From assembly GCF_018977255.1 (NCBI RefSeq), contig NW_024704750.1:8184001-8248000 (forward strand): a stretch of DNA of 64,000 bases. Reading direction: 5' to 3'. Positions 28,026 through 40,773 of the stretch are shown here, one piece after another. Origin of the DNA: Callorhinchus milii (Eukaryota). The position numbers were made by a program, and so were the translations under genes. The notes under the pieces were generated by a model. That model ran no database searches and was not told the DNA's origin. It saw only the letters and a program-made list of their open reading frames with translations. Each line of letters starts with the position of its first letter. Within the stretch, counting starts at the first letter, position 1.

Positions 28026-28192
28026 AATAATAATAATAATCCTTGCATTTGATATAGCGCTTTTCACGTCTTCTGAATGCCCCAAAGCGCTTCACAAAAT
28101 ATACTCTAAAGTGAATTGACTGTATATTTGTGGGTGAAACGCGTCAGCCAATTGCGCACAGCACTGTCCCACAAACAATCGAAGATTGAAAA
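28026..28192 (-). mobile_element. SINE 3' half
   Basis: Matches the family tail through CCCACAAACA. Confidence 0.85.
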
Positions 28193-29662
28193 TCTTTGCC
28201 ACCAACTGTTATTACCACCTGGATTCAAAATTAGCTTATTGGCAATGACTGGCACACTTCTGATGTGAATTTGAATGCCACGTAATTTCAAGTACTGATA
28301 CTCTAATTTAAACCCATTGTTTTTTGATGTGGTAGTAATTTCATTATGATGATGATAACCCTTACGTTTAGTATATCGCCTTTCACATCAGGAGGATGTC
28401 TCAAAGCACTTCACAGATTATACTGTAAATGGAGCAACAGATCGTCAAAATAAATACTGTAAAAAGGCTTGCTCTGATCTTACTGAGTTCACATTGCTTA
28501 AAATGTTGTCCTACCTTTCTGGGTAACATTATGTATAAATCATTTATGACAATCCATGTATTACAGGCTGACCCAGTTTTAAAGTGGTGATTTTGGTTCA
28601 TAAATTCAGACTTTGTGTTATGCCGGGGCGTGCTAAAAATAGGTCAGCATGGTCAGCACTTCTGAGTTATTGGGATATTGATCATTGACTTCCCTTCCTT
28701 TGTGATCTATGTACAGGATTCCTGCCAGTCAGAATTGGAAGAAGGAAGTTATGACACATCTATAGTGTTATACCTGTGCTCTAAATAGTCCTTTTATAAT
28801 AGGGTCAGCCTGTATGTAATATTGTCATCTCTTGGTTCTAGAACAGATCATTATAAGACAGAGCAAGCATGCTGGATTATAAAAAATTGCTGTGTTCTCA
28901 TATGTAGGAATGTAATACTGTAGACACTATAGCCCTAGTCAGACGCCCTGTTTTAAAATGTCTAGCATTGCTCATTATCTTTATCTCCAATTTCCATCAT
29001 CTAGCAGAGAGAGTATTGTAGACTTATTTTCCCTACAATTCTAAATCTTTGGAGATCAGCTTGCAGTTTGAATCACATGACTGGAATATTAAGTCAAACA
29101 CTTGACATAGAAAAATCTGACGTTGTGGTGAAACTTTGTCTTTGGTGACTTCAATTGTAAAAATAGAGATGCTTTAATGCTTTGGCTTTTCCCGTATTTA
29201 GGAATTAGTCTGAATTTCCATAAGATTTTGGGAGTGTCTGAATTTGGCAAAACTGGTTCTTACAACTCACAGAAGTATTTGTTAGTCACATTTGTTTTAC
29301 TTGTCGGATTGCCAAAGAATTCAGATCAAAGCCCACACATATGTTTTCAGTGGTTACAATAGCTGGATATTTTCAATGTATGACAAATCTTTAATACAAC
29401 TCTTGGCAACCTAATTTCAAGTAAACATCAATGTGGGTTTACTCATTTGTGCAGATAGTACAACAAAACATTTTTAACCAAATTACTCCTAAAAATCCTC
29501 AAACGGCTTGAACTTTTTTTTAATACATATGGGAGTCAGCCATCTGTTGAAGGACTAGAACTGGATCAACTTTTTGAGTCTTTTTGTTCAAAAGACATGA
29601 AATGCCTTGTATGCCTTTTAACACGTAATCTCATTCAGATTTGTTGTTTGCTTCTGCTGCAG

Positions 29663-29749
29663 AATGTTACCAAAGGTGCAAGACACAAAATTGTCCTCAG
29701 TATACAGAAATTGAAAGAGAGACAGAATGTGCTCAGATCCTTGGAGAAG
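29663..29749 (+). CDS. SAMD4A: SAMD4A exon 6 equivalent, second half of the SAM domain
   Basis: ctgcAG / AAG|GTAAGA; [29 protein letters not shown]. Confidence 0.97.
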
Positions 29750-30723
29750 GTAAGAAATCTGAAGATTCAAGTGTTATTTATGCCCCTTTAACTGTTTACT
29801 GCCACCTTCCTAAATTCTTCAATAGAGAAGCTAGTGCAGACTTCTCTCTTCCATCAGTTTTCCTTCTCTTCCTAGTCAGTCTGATAAGTGAATTGTGCAC
29901 AATTTTTCTTCATCACCTCTTCTTGCCTTTCACTCCATTGAATATTTTGCAACATCAAGAGCAAAGCTCGAGTTCCCAGTCAGCTGTGTGAAGCTCTTTG
30001 AGACGTCCTCCTGACGTGAAAGGAGCTATATAAATTGTTGATATACATTTGTTTAGCTCATCAATCTCCATTGAATATCTCCTTCAGACCTGAGTAAATG
30101 TCCTGTTTGAGATGCAGCAGAGCCAGGACCAAAAACAAATAATCTTGAAGAAATGCCTTAGATATTGAAAGTAAAACATAATTTGTTGGAACTGAAATAG
30201 ACAAGTGCAAAATCACCTGTAATTCTACCCTTGACTTGTATATATCCTTTAGATGAATCTGATTCTATCCTTGAAGTTTCTCTTGTGTTTAAATCTATTT
30301 ATGGGGAGTACAAACTTTTAAATAAACATGAGATGTTGAGATTATGATACTAAGTAGATTAATTGTATGTGCTGCTGCTTATTTTAACAATAAAATCCAC
30401 CTGCTTAATTGATGTGAAATAAATCATATTAAAAAGGACAAGAATGTGGCACCTTCTAATTTCTAATGAATGAACTCTGACTTTTCCTATGAATAGGGGG
30501 AGCAATCTGTGGGCAGATTTCAAGTTGTGGCATTTTACTTATGGATCAAAACTAACTTGTTGAATACGTTGACTTTCAAGACAAACTGCTAATTAAAGGA
30601 ATTCTTACCATATTCTATATTTAACACGTATTAATGCTTCACAAAACTGTTTATGTAGGTAGACCCAAAATTATTGTATCTATATATTTTTAGTGAATCG
30701 ACTTTTTATGTTGTATTGAACAG

Positions 30724-31027
30724 GATATTCTTGAAGGTGGTAATTTGCGCAATGCACTCCAGGAGCTGCACCAAATGATTCTTACCCCCATCAAAGCTTA
30801 CAATTTCCCTCAGACCCAAAACATTGATGAACAGAGGCAAGACTTGGACTCTCAGTCCTCCTTAATGAGCTCGGACAGCAGCATGGGAAATCGGCTGTCT
30901 GATGGAAAGGACTCTGCTACTGGAGGAATTCAACAACATAATGTGACTGGGTGTGAGGGGGAGTCAGGAGCTGCTCCTGTTCCAGAAGGGGATCTGCCTG
31001 GACAATTTACAAGGGTCATGGGTAAAG
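30724..31027 (+). CDS. SAMD4A: SAMD4A exon 7 equivalent
   Basis: aacAG / G|GTAAGC; [26 protein letters not shown]...[17 protein letters not shown]. Confidence 0.95.
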
Positions 31028-31618
31028 GTAAGCCTCTGTAACAAAGTAAGAATATGTACTCTAGGATGTATGCCATCTTTTGCCTTTGGCTGAACAAGCA
31101 GGTCTTGTCTACCTGTTTGGGTTCAGATGATCCCATGACAATAGTTGAGGATAGAGTTTAGCCTGGTCTCCTTGCCAACAGTCCTCTACATAAATTGTTC
31201 ACTCATTTTATGTTTGTGCGACCTTGACGTATGCAAATTAGGTCCCACTTTAACCTCAAATAAGCATCACACTTGACAACAATTCTGTGTAAAATGCTTC
31301 AATATGTTTGTTTACTGGAGCAGAATTGGTGTTGCAACATTTATGGACCTGGTGGCTAAAAAAGATATAAGGAGACCCCCCCCCCCCAAAAAAAAATGTC
31401 TCAACGTAGATTGGTTTCTGCGAGTTTCTTTGGTTTATGTCAAATTATTCCAAATGTATTCAGCAGACTGATTACATAACTAACATTTAAAATTTGGAAC
31501 TCAATAGAACTATATTTCTAATTTTTCACAGGCTTCAAAAAAGAGTCAAGTCATTTTATGTGAGAAACAGTCTAAGTCTAGAAAGCCTTTTGTCATTTAC
31601 CTACATTCTATTTTACAG

Positions 31619-31704
31619 TGTGTACGCAGCTCCTTGTATCCAGACCAGATGAAGAGAACATAAGCTCTTACCTACAGCTCATAGACAAATGTGTAGGTCA
31701 TGAG
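31619..31704 (+). CDS. SAMD4A: SAMD4A exon 8 equivalent
   Basis: ttttacAG / GAG|GTGGGT; [29 protein letters not shown]. Confidence 0.95.
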
Positions 31705-31785
31705 GTGGGTATAGTTATAGTAATTGAAGAAGATAAACTGTTTGAAACCAATCTTGAAGAGTTTCACCATTTAAAATCTAAATTA

Positions 31786-31881
31786 AAATATTATTCCCCT
31801 TCCCTCTACCCTACCCCAAATATTATTCCCCTTCCCTCCACCCTACCCCAAATATTATTCCCCTTCCCTCCACCCTACCCC
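31786..31881. repeat. Minisatellite, 32-bp unit x3
   Basis: AAATATTATTCCCCTTCCCTCYACCCTACCCC three times, with one substitution. Confidence 0.97.
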
Positions 31882-31914
31882 TTCTGTGGAGCAGTGAAAC
31901 TCTTAAAGATTGAT

Positions 31915-32028
31915 TTTGCCCACAAAATACAGAGTCATTACACTTTACAGTAAATTCTTTGAAGCACTTTGAGACATCTCGAAGATGTGATACGGTGCAG
32001 TATCAAATGCAAGGCTTTTTATTATTAT
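31915..32028 (+). mobile_element. SINE 3' fragment
   Basis: CACTTTACAG...GAAGCACTTTGAGACATCTCGAAGATGTGA...ATCAAATGCAAGG. Confidence 0.75.
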
Positions 32029-33656
32029 AGTTAGTTTGAATACTACCTATTGTGAACTATTTCTAAACTAAATATATTTAATCGGTCAAAACTACATTCA
32101 CAATGTTAATTTTGTTCACAGGAGTAGAGAGAAATGTTAAGATTATGTAGAGAAGAATACTTGCAGTGTAAAGTGTTTTCTTTTCAAAGTTGTTCCTTTG
32201 TTTTCTTATCTGTGAAGTCAAATTGCTAGTTTAGTCATCTCATCAGTATCCAGTCTCCAGCAGCCCCTGTGAATATTCCAGCTAGAACAGAGAGCTACAT
32301 TACTGATGAAGTCTATTAGCAGCATTTGTTATTGTAGGATGTGGTGTAATACTCTTCCAGATTTTGAATACTGATCCCAAAGTTCTGAATGAGTTTAAAA
32401 TTCATTATCAACCACTATGTGTTGTACTTACTTCCTTCTGGCTTGGAAACCCAATTAAAATTAGTTTGGCAGTATAGTGTCAGTGATGGGTATTGTGCAA
32501 TTTCTTCTTGTGAGCTGGAGATGATTTTTTTTAATAAACTATGAGTGAGTACTTTATATTAAAAGTACTTATCTCAAGTCTCCTTGTTTGTGTTTTTACA
32601 CTGATACATTTGTAATTTGGCCATTGAGAATATGATTTGTGGAAGCGTATGTCAAGCCATATGTAACAAAAAAATCTTAGACTGTAAATTGTGGTAGAAA
32701 TGCCAGATTTTCTCATTCATTTGCTCATCTTGGCCAGAAAATTCTATGATTTGTAGCTCTTACTAAATTTGATCTGTGCCCTTTCCCTTCCACAAAGAAG
32801 TATCCATTTTCCTTTGACATCTTTTACCAATTTTCCACACAAATGACTGCACTTCCTTTCAACTTTCTATTTAACGATCGAAAAAAAGTGCTTAGTATGA
32901 AATTATTGAAATTCTTTATTTAAATGGATAGTTTGGCTAACTATTGTGAAAGTTAACAGCTAAATTGTAAGATTCCTGTTTTGCCTTTCTAGTTCATACT
33001 TATAAAATCTTTTGTCTTCTCTTGTGCATCAAAATAATTTAAACAAGTTTTGAAAATCCAGGTAAATAGTGCAACATTACTGTATACCATAGATTTTTAT
33101 TTATATTTCAAATAAACTCCCCCGATATTTGATTTTTGAAATCTGAAATCTTATTCCACTCAAATAGTTCATTATATTCAATAACTCATAGAATGTTTTT
33201 TCAGACTTTGAAGGGCTGGCACCAGTGGGAGTGGGTTGGTCTAAAGAAACGCTTTTAGGGCCCTGGATCACTGGCTGACCATCTCTATGGGAATCATACT
33301 ATTTAGGGGCTTATCTTTGGCAGAGCTCAACGTTTAAAAAGAAACAATTCACCATTGTTTAATCATGCATTATGTTAAACATTCAATATGTTTATTGTAC
33401 ATTTTTATCATTTATATACTGTAACAAGCAGACATTTCTCACATATATAGTATTTTTTAAAAATGAATTTGTGGTAACCTGTTAATGTGTTTAATGGTCT
33501 TAAAATCCCAGTAATGTTACTACAAATCTTGTAATGCACATCAGCTGAAGAAATGCATGTTAGCTTGAGTATCAAAAGGACTGAATTCATAATCTTAAAT
33601 TGTATGCTGTTATTTAATAGCTATTCTAATTACAATTATTTGCTCTGTTCTCTCAG

Positions 33657-33775
33657 GCTTTTACAGAGACACAGAAGAAGCGAATGTTGTCATGGAAACA
33701 GCAAGTCCAGAAGCTCTTTCGATCCTTTCCTCGGAAATCCCTATTGGACATGCCTGGCTATAGACAGCAAAGAAA
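33657..33775 (+). CDS. SAMD4A: SAMD4A exon 9 equivalent
   Basis: tctctcAG / AA|GTATGT; [39 protein letters not shown] (reading frame not shown in the ORF track). Confidence 0.95.
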
Positions 33776-34571
33776 GTATGTTAATATTTTATCATTTCCA
33801 TTGACGGTTTGGTGGCTGTATTTAATTACATTCATAAGTTTTTAACGTGCGTATATTCGGAGTACTGGGATTGAGCAAAAAATATCTTGTGTTTACTGGA
33901 TTTGTTTAGCATACTTCATACTAATAGTGCAGACTCGTACAATTTTAAAATATTGTGAAGTCTCCCTGTGACTTGCTGGAGGTCCAAGGCTTGATATGAA
34001 ATCTTTCCAGTTTTTGTTAATTCCTGAAATATTTCTATGGACTATTAGATGTTACCATTTCAGATCTTTCTCAAAATTCATTGAGTTGTGTTCAGGTTGA
34101 GTAAAATATTTGGTCAGTTGCTCCTACTAAAAATGTGACGTTAATTAATAAAATCAAGTCTTTATTGCAGTCTTGGCTCTATAATGAACTGTTTGCTGCC
34201 AGGCAGTGTAAATACAGCAGAAAATGTTACAAAAAACTATATATTAAGGATGATGACTCCTTCCTTGTGTGCATTCATTCTTTCATTATTGGATGATGAT
34301 GTCAGTTGATCAACATTTTGGAACTAGTAATCGCAGTAATCCCTTCCTTGTTTTACTGTATCTTGATGACAAAACACAACTTCTCGAGGTGTCATACTAA
34401 TTAAGCATTTCCTGGTGATTAACTTTTATGGTTGTAGGCATTCTATTCAATCTCAATTTCAGTCCAGTTGATGTATTTTGAAAATAAGTTTATGTTTAGA
34501 CAAATAATTTTTTTTTGGTTGCAATATCCATTTATTAAACTGTGTTTGACTTGGATACTTTTGATCCACAG

Positions 34572-34773
34572 CTGGAGTTTTAATCAGTCCAACTCATTAC
34601 CAGCAGCTGGATCTGTTGGTGGAGGAATGGTCAGACGAACCCAACGCCAATTCCAGATGCCCCCTCGGAATCTGCCGACTGCTCGTCTGGGGTTAATAGG
34701 GCCCAGTGGACTTTTGGGTGCCTCACAGCGTAGTGCAACCAACAACCCTGCCCTATTAAAACAAGGGAGGCAG
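34572..34773 (+). CDS. SAMD4A: SAMD4A exon 10 equivalent
   Basis: ccacAG / CAG|GTTTGT; [35 protein letters not shown]...LLKQGRQ. Confidence 0.93.
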
Positions 34774-35338
34774 GTTTGTTCAAATATCTTTTTTCTGACT
34801 CTTACAATACATGTACGTCTAAGCCAATCGCCTTGGAAATTTGGTGTTAATAAAAAATAATTAAGCAGAACATTCCAGAAAGTACAGCGCGCCTACTTAA
34901 AATAAGTTGGGGGCTGTTTAAATGGATATGCCAAAGCTGGATTGGAACAATTTCTCAGATTTTCCTGATTTGAGTAACTTGTCTGGTTCCTTTTAAAAAG
35001 ACCCAGTGAGAACAGTCTGCAGGCATTTCCTGTTTTTGCTTGCTTTGGTGTGCAGAGGTACTGGAAAGGGACAAGGAAAATATGGAAGAGGGACAGACTG
35101 GGTTCACTGAGAATGAAAGAAGCCAAGAATTTTATGTACATATCAATGTGCATAACAGGTTCATTCAGAGTCAAACAATGAATGAAACTTAAAGGGGCGG
35201 CACACTTTGAAACGGTAGACATCGCAGCACAGTTTTAAAGTCTGCAATAGATTTCAAATACAAAATTATGGTTGTCCCCACATTAGATACCACATAATTC
35301 ACACTTGATTTACAATAGATGCCTTGTGTTTTTCATAG

Positions 35339-35465
35339 AACCTATGGTTCGCCAACCCTGGGGGAAGTAACAGTATGCCAAGTCGAACTCATAGCTCAGT
35401 CCAGCGTACACGCTCACTGCCTGTCCACACATCTCCGCAAACTATGCTGATGTTCCAGCAACCAG
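35339..35465 (+). CDS. SAMD4A: SAMD4A exon 11 equivalent
   Basis: tttcatAG / G|GTAAGT; [42 protein letters not shown]. Confidence 0.95.
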
Positions 35466-36611
35466 GTAAGTGGAAGAGAAATTTAAACAAAATGCTGTAG
35501 GTGAATTTATTTAAAAAAAGCTAGCTCCTGAAAATGGTAACGGAAATTTTTGATCCCAATTGTCACAATGCATTCCTCTCTACTTCTAAAAGCCCTTTTA
35601 TTTTCTCTAAATGCTGCATGGCCAGGACACACAGTGGCTGGCTGGCTAAAGGCCAGAGTATGCAAACCAGAGTCTGCTGTAGCCTGACCAAGATTTTTTC
35701 AAGACGCTAGTCAGATTACTGGATTGATTGAAGCACAGACAGGAGTAGTGAGATTTCCCCCTATAAATAACAGGTTGATTCTGCTAGAGATTTAGATAGT
35801 TTTCTACCCACTTGCCTTTGTTACACCTAGAATTTTACAGTTATGGGTTACAACTACAATATAGTGAACCCTTATTTTTTAAATGCTATATAGACCATAA
35901 CCTTGTAATGCAGTGGAAAAGCATTTTCATTTGCCTTAATGTTTTACAACAAGATTTTTTAATCAAATTATAAAAAAAATTGTGTTGGTCATTTATTCCT
36001 TTCAGAATGAGATATTCTGTAAAAGTTTTGTTTTTTTACTCTTGAATAGAAAATCTTTAAGCCGACCTACTTATGACCGATTTCTTGTACATTTAAATCG
36101 GTAGCTAATTTTAAGCAATTTCACTCATCAAACACTGGCTTCAAGTCTCTATGCCCTATTCACCCCACCAGTGTCGGGTCGGTTTTCAGCCATTCTGCTC
36201 TCTGGAATTGCATCCTAGTACTTAATACTTTCTTTGGTCTCTTAAATGCCATAGAAACGATTGCCCATTTAGAAAACGAGGATTATTAAGAGTTGCAGTG
36301 CTTATCATTTTCTAAATTAACTTCACTATAATTAACCTCATAATTTACCGATTAATTAAAAGTTTAAACACATCTTACATGTGTACTTTTGAACTCGAAC
36401 AAAGATTAAGAATAATACAACGAATAGCTTCAATTTAATACTTCCATGGTTCACACCTGCTTCTTGTCAGTTGTTTTTCTATTTGCTCACATTAAGCAAT
36501 TTTTTTTTNGAAATATGTTTCTCAACTTGCATTTCAAAATGTTTGTTTTCTTGGAAGTTTGCAAAGTTTCTGGTTGCTGTCTAGAAACCCACAGTAGAAA
36601 ATGAGTGAGTG

Positions 36612-36712
36612 TATGTCAATTCACTTTACAGTATATTCTGTGAAGTGCTTTGAACCGTCTCGAAAACGTGATAAGGCGCTATATCAAATGCAAGGATTAT
36701 TATAATTACTAT
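36612..36712 (+). mobile_element. SINE 3' fragment
   Basis: GTCAATTCACTTTACAG...AAGGCGCTATATCAAATGCAAGG(ATT)n. Confidence 0.82.
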
Positions 36713-36765
36713 TATAATTATTATAATCTCGGCATCTAGTAAGGACAAGAATTAGCCATGACTAG

Positions 36766-36832
36766 TCCTGCAATTCTTAATCAAATAGATTAAGAATTAC
36801 AGGATAGACCTAGTTTATCTATCCTGCAATTC
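36766..36832. repeat. Overlapping inverted repeats (A-A'-A)
   Basis: TCCTGCAATTCTTAATC/GATTAAGAATTACAGGA and GAATTACAGGATAGA/TCTATCCTGCAATTC. Confidence 0.9.
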
Positions 36833-36944
36833 GGAAACTTAAGCAGTGTTAATTTTTTTTATTTCTGTAAGCAATTAAGCCTACATATGACCAATTTCTT
36901 GTACATTTAAATCAGTAGCTAATTTGAAGCAATTTCTCTTTCAG

Positions 36945-37028
36945 AATTCCAAGTACCGGTGACGGAACCTGATATAAACAACAGACTGGAATCACTGTGT
37001 CTCAGTATGACTGAACATGCCTTGGGTG
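36945..37028 (+). CDS. SAMD4A: SAMD4A exon 12 equivalent
   Basis: tctctttcAG / G|GTAAGT; [28 protein letters not shown], the conserved Smaug C-terminal motif. Confidence 0.95.
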
Positions 37029-38646
37029 GTAAGTGTGAGAGATGAGAACTGAATGTAACAGCGAAAATCCATACCCAATAACTTAAGTAAAACTTCCTCA
37101 CCATTGGAATATTGAAGAAATGCCTTGCTGGTTTACCTATGACACCTTTGCTATTTATACTGAGGTGAATTTAGATTATGTATACAGCTCAGCTGCCTGT
37201 AAAATTGTTTCTTTATCCAATTTAAATGAACAGCATATGTGTTGGGTCCACGATTAGTAAGTTTACAGTTTCTGCTGAGCTGTTACTTCATTAGTTGGTC
37301 ACATTAAGCTTGCTGCGGTTAAGTTAGAATTGGCAATCTTTCTGTGAGGATTCCACCTTAAATTAATATTCTGGCTGCCACTGTCTGACTCAATAGTTTC
37401 TCCCAGCAAAATTTAAAACATCCTCCAGTTGCATACTATATATTCTTAAAATCAAATTGGATACGATATGGCAGAGATTTCCAGCCAGTCGTGTCATTTA
37501 AGTTCAGGTTATGCCATGTGATTTTCAAACTGTTTGACATCAAAAATTTGAGATTACTGCATAGTAAGCACTTGGTAATCACTCTAGCATATCTTCCTTT
37601 CTCTATTTAACAACAGGTCATTGATAAATTTAAATGGACTGTAAATCAAAAGCCATACTTCAGAATAAAGTGTCTTTGAATAGTACAAATGTTTTTTTCT
37701 GTTTGAGTTCAGTAGCACAACCCTGTTTTCAATTCATGAAATTGACTTGCTGTATTTAACAGTGCTGAAGTACCGTAGCCTTTTTTATTTGATTTTATCA
37801 AACTTTGCTGGTTTATAGGTTTTACTAACTAAAAATCCATGTTGATCCAGAATTCAAAAGCTTAATGATATCCGATGAATAGTATATCTTATCTAAGTTG
37901 ATGTGTTCTTGACTGGCATTTTATATTGTTTGATTTCATGGTGGTGTGAAAACCTGAACTTCTAATTAAACTTTTATATTCACAAGGAAGACTGTGTTAA
38001 AGTAATATATTGCTAATATTTTTGGAAAATTCAGAGCCAGTAATGTGGTGTACTTGGGTATTCAGGACTCCTGTTCATATGTTAGGCTCTAGAATTTTAA
38101 CAAAATGAACTGTGTCCTTGTGCCATCTGCTTTCCATGTCTGTTAAATAAAGTACTGTAGCATATTAGTGCAGCAAACCTTGAGGCATTTCCTTAAACAT
38201 TGCTTTCCCAGCAAAGTACACAGCGTTGGGTTGACTTATGATGGGATTTTATTTGCAGTTAGTCAGTCCTAGTTCAAATAAACCGAAACCTTCTCAAGCT
38301 TGCAACTGAATAGACAGTTTTATATTCACTTTTGATAGGCATGATTTAATATTTTTTTAACCCACTAAATAAGGTTAGTTACTCATGGTTTGCAAACCAA
38401 CTGCATAAAAACAATCTTTTAAATGCTAAGATTGCCTTCTAATTTTTTCAGAGTTTAGAGCTTCAGTGATTCAGTTATATGATGGCCCGGTTTAATATAG
38501 CAAAAGTGTAGAGCTTTTCTGGATTTTTGAATTAAAGACAGATATTGGCTACAGACACTTCTAAAGCCATTTACAGCATGGTAGGAATTTCTCATTGCTC
38601 CACTGAATCCTGAAAAAAATATTTATCTCAGAGTACGGTTTTCAAA

Positions 38647-38815
38647 TTTTAAAATAAATACTGATATAATAATCCTTTGATATAGCCCATTATCACATTA
38701 AAAAGGCTCAAAGTGCTTCGCAGGAATTTACTGAAAAGTGTAGTGATTGTATTTGTAGACCAACACAACGCTCAGATTGCACACAGCACTGCGCCACAAA
38801 CAGTCATGAATGATC
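38647..38815 (-). mobile_element. Decayed SINE 3' half
   Basis: ATAATCCTTTGATATAGC...TTGCACACAGCACTGCGCCACAAACAG. Confidence 0.7.
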
Positions 38816-40106
38816 AAATTTAACGTGGAGGATTCTACATGTTACTCTGTACAATTTACTATAATAATAAGGTACAGTGAGCGGAGGAAAAATATTTGCC
38901 TGGCAGGATGAAAGGCAAAACAGAAGATATGCCAACCTGGGCCACACTTGCATGTTTTTAGTAGTCACAGATGCGCTGTTTTTGTAGCCTGGAAGAGGGC
39001 ATCTGGTGTTTGATTTTGAGGAGGTATCTAAAAGCAGGATGGAATTTTTTTATTTTTAAAGTTAGGGCATTCAAAAGCTCAGATTCCCAAAGTAGATAAT
39101 CTTGTTTGAGTGAATTTATCTTTCAACCTTAATGTACAGGTGTTGATTTTGACGCTGTTGATCTTTTTTGTGAAATTTCACCCTTTTTGAAAATTTGTTT
39201 CAAGTTGAGAAAAGGAAAACCTGGGTATTTCTAATCTTGTGATTTCTGATTTGCCTCCTTGGACAAAAAAAGCTAGATAGTTAGATGAATGAGTAGTTGG
39301 GATGTATAAAGGCATAGGATCTGCATGCAAAATTCCTGAGGGATCAGGCGACTGTGTCATTGTTTCCAGTTGGTTAGGTTATGCAATGCATAAACTGAAT
39401 GTTGATTTAAAAAATGATGCACGCCACCTAAAGGCTAGCAATGTATCTTCAACTTAGCCACTGTGATTCGGAGAAGTTAAAATTACTTTAATATTGTCAG
39501 CATTTTCAAGCCAAGAGGATATCTCATTATATTTTGTGCATTTTTAATCCTGGAATTGTTATGTCATGTACACATTTCTTAAAGTGTTTGGTGTGTGATA
39601 CTTTTCGCTATATACAGTGGGAGTGTTCACTCTGAGTGTGTATCCCTGACGGGCCTCTCTGATCCAATGTTTGCCAGAGTAATTATCCACTTATGACTGT
39701 TTATAGAGCAGACTAAAGACACCTTGAGCCATTTTTTGAGAGATGATTTAAAAGGCCACAGATACTATATTTATTCCAGAATATTGATATAGGTGACATA
39801 ATCTATTGGCGCATCATACCTGTAATGTATTTAAAATTCAAAACTTAGCTTTTGGACTTTATTTGTAATTCATGTCATATGTTGGCACAGGAACCTCTGT
39901 GAGATCATCATGGTTGCCAAAGAGATCTTGTGAGGAAAATGATCCCTTGTGATTTTATTTTTAAATGAACATGCTGTCCTCTCTCAAGGAGCTTCAAAAC
40001 AAATGCAAACTTAATACTCTCTGAAGCTGCTGGATACTTCACTTTTAATTTTAATTCAGGCCTAGTTATTAAAATAATAAGCAAATATTTCAAATGGTTG
40101 ATCTTA

Positions 40107-40423
40107 GTGGAGTCCTGTAGCTCAGTGGTTAGAGCACTCGCTTTGCAAGCGAGAGACCTGAGTTCAATTCCAGGCAGAGGGCGAAACCTTGGGCAAGTTT
40201 CCTTACTCCACACGCCTAATAATAATCCCTCCAAAAAAACAAAACAATAATAAATTGGTCATTTTCAATCCACGACTGTCTGTGGGAAATTGCTGTGCGC
40301 AATTGGCTGCCGCGTTCGGCCACAAATATACAGTCAATTCACTTAACAGTATGTTCTGTGAAGCACTTTGGGACGTCTAGAAGACGTGAAAAGCACTATA
40401 TCAAAAGCAAGGATTATTATTAT
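40107..40423 (+). mobile_element. Full-length tRNA-derived SINE (short subfamily) with an L2/DeuSINE-type tail
   Basis: A box TAGCTCAGTGG, B box GTTCAATTCC and an Ala(TGC)-like loop; tail GCTGTGCGCAATTGGCTGCCGCG...AAAGCACTATATCAAAAGCAAGG(ATT)n; near-identical copies elsewhere in the window. Confidence 0.92.
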
Positions 40424-40744
40424 CTTCAATACAACCACTTTTCTAGTGTTAGCAAAATAAGATGGCATTTTGTTACAATCTGCCTGAGCAGCACTTATAT
40501 AAGAAAGCTGCATTTTATTACTTTCAAACAAATTTCCATTATTTCTCTTTATTTTAGGTAGCTAGTCCTAAAATACAAATGCTGGGTCAAGTATCTTTCA
40601 ATTTAATAAAGGATTGTGCTTGTGTAAAGGAGTATATGATTCTTCGTGAGTGGCGCTATACAAATGTAATTTTGTTATTGTAATTTTTTGTTAATGTTGA
40701 TGAACTTGCAGACTTTTAGTTATGGATTTTCTTTTAATTTTCAG

Positions 40745-40773
40745 ATGGTGTTGACAGGAACTCAACTATCTAG
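40745..40773 (+). CDS. SAMD4A: SAMD4A last coding exon
   Basis: ttttcAG acceptor; in frame with exon 12 it gives DGVDRNSTI*, resembling the mammalian ending DGVDKTSTI. Confidence 0.9.

Noticed and set aside
31786-31881. CRISPR-like repeat array
   Set aside because: Units are contiguous with no unique spacers, and the context is a vertebrate intron.
40107-40180. tRNA-Ala(TGC)-like gene (also near 24980-25051 and 44380-44452)
   Set aside because: These are SINE heads: each is followed by the same body and tail, and the acceptor stem is imperfect.
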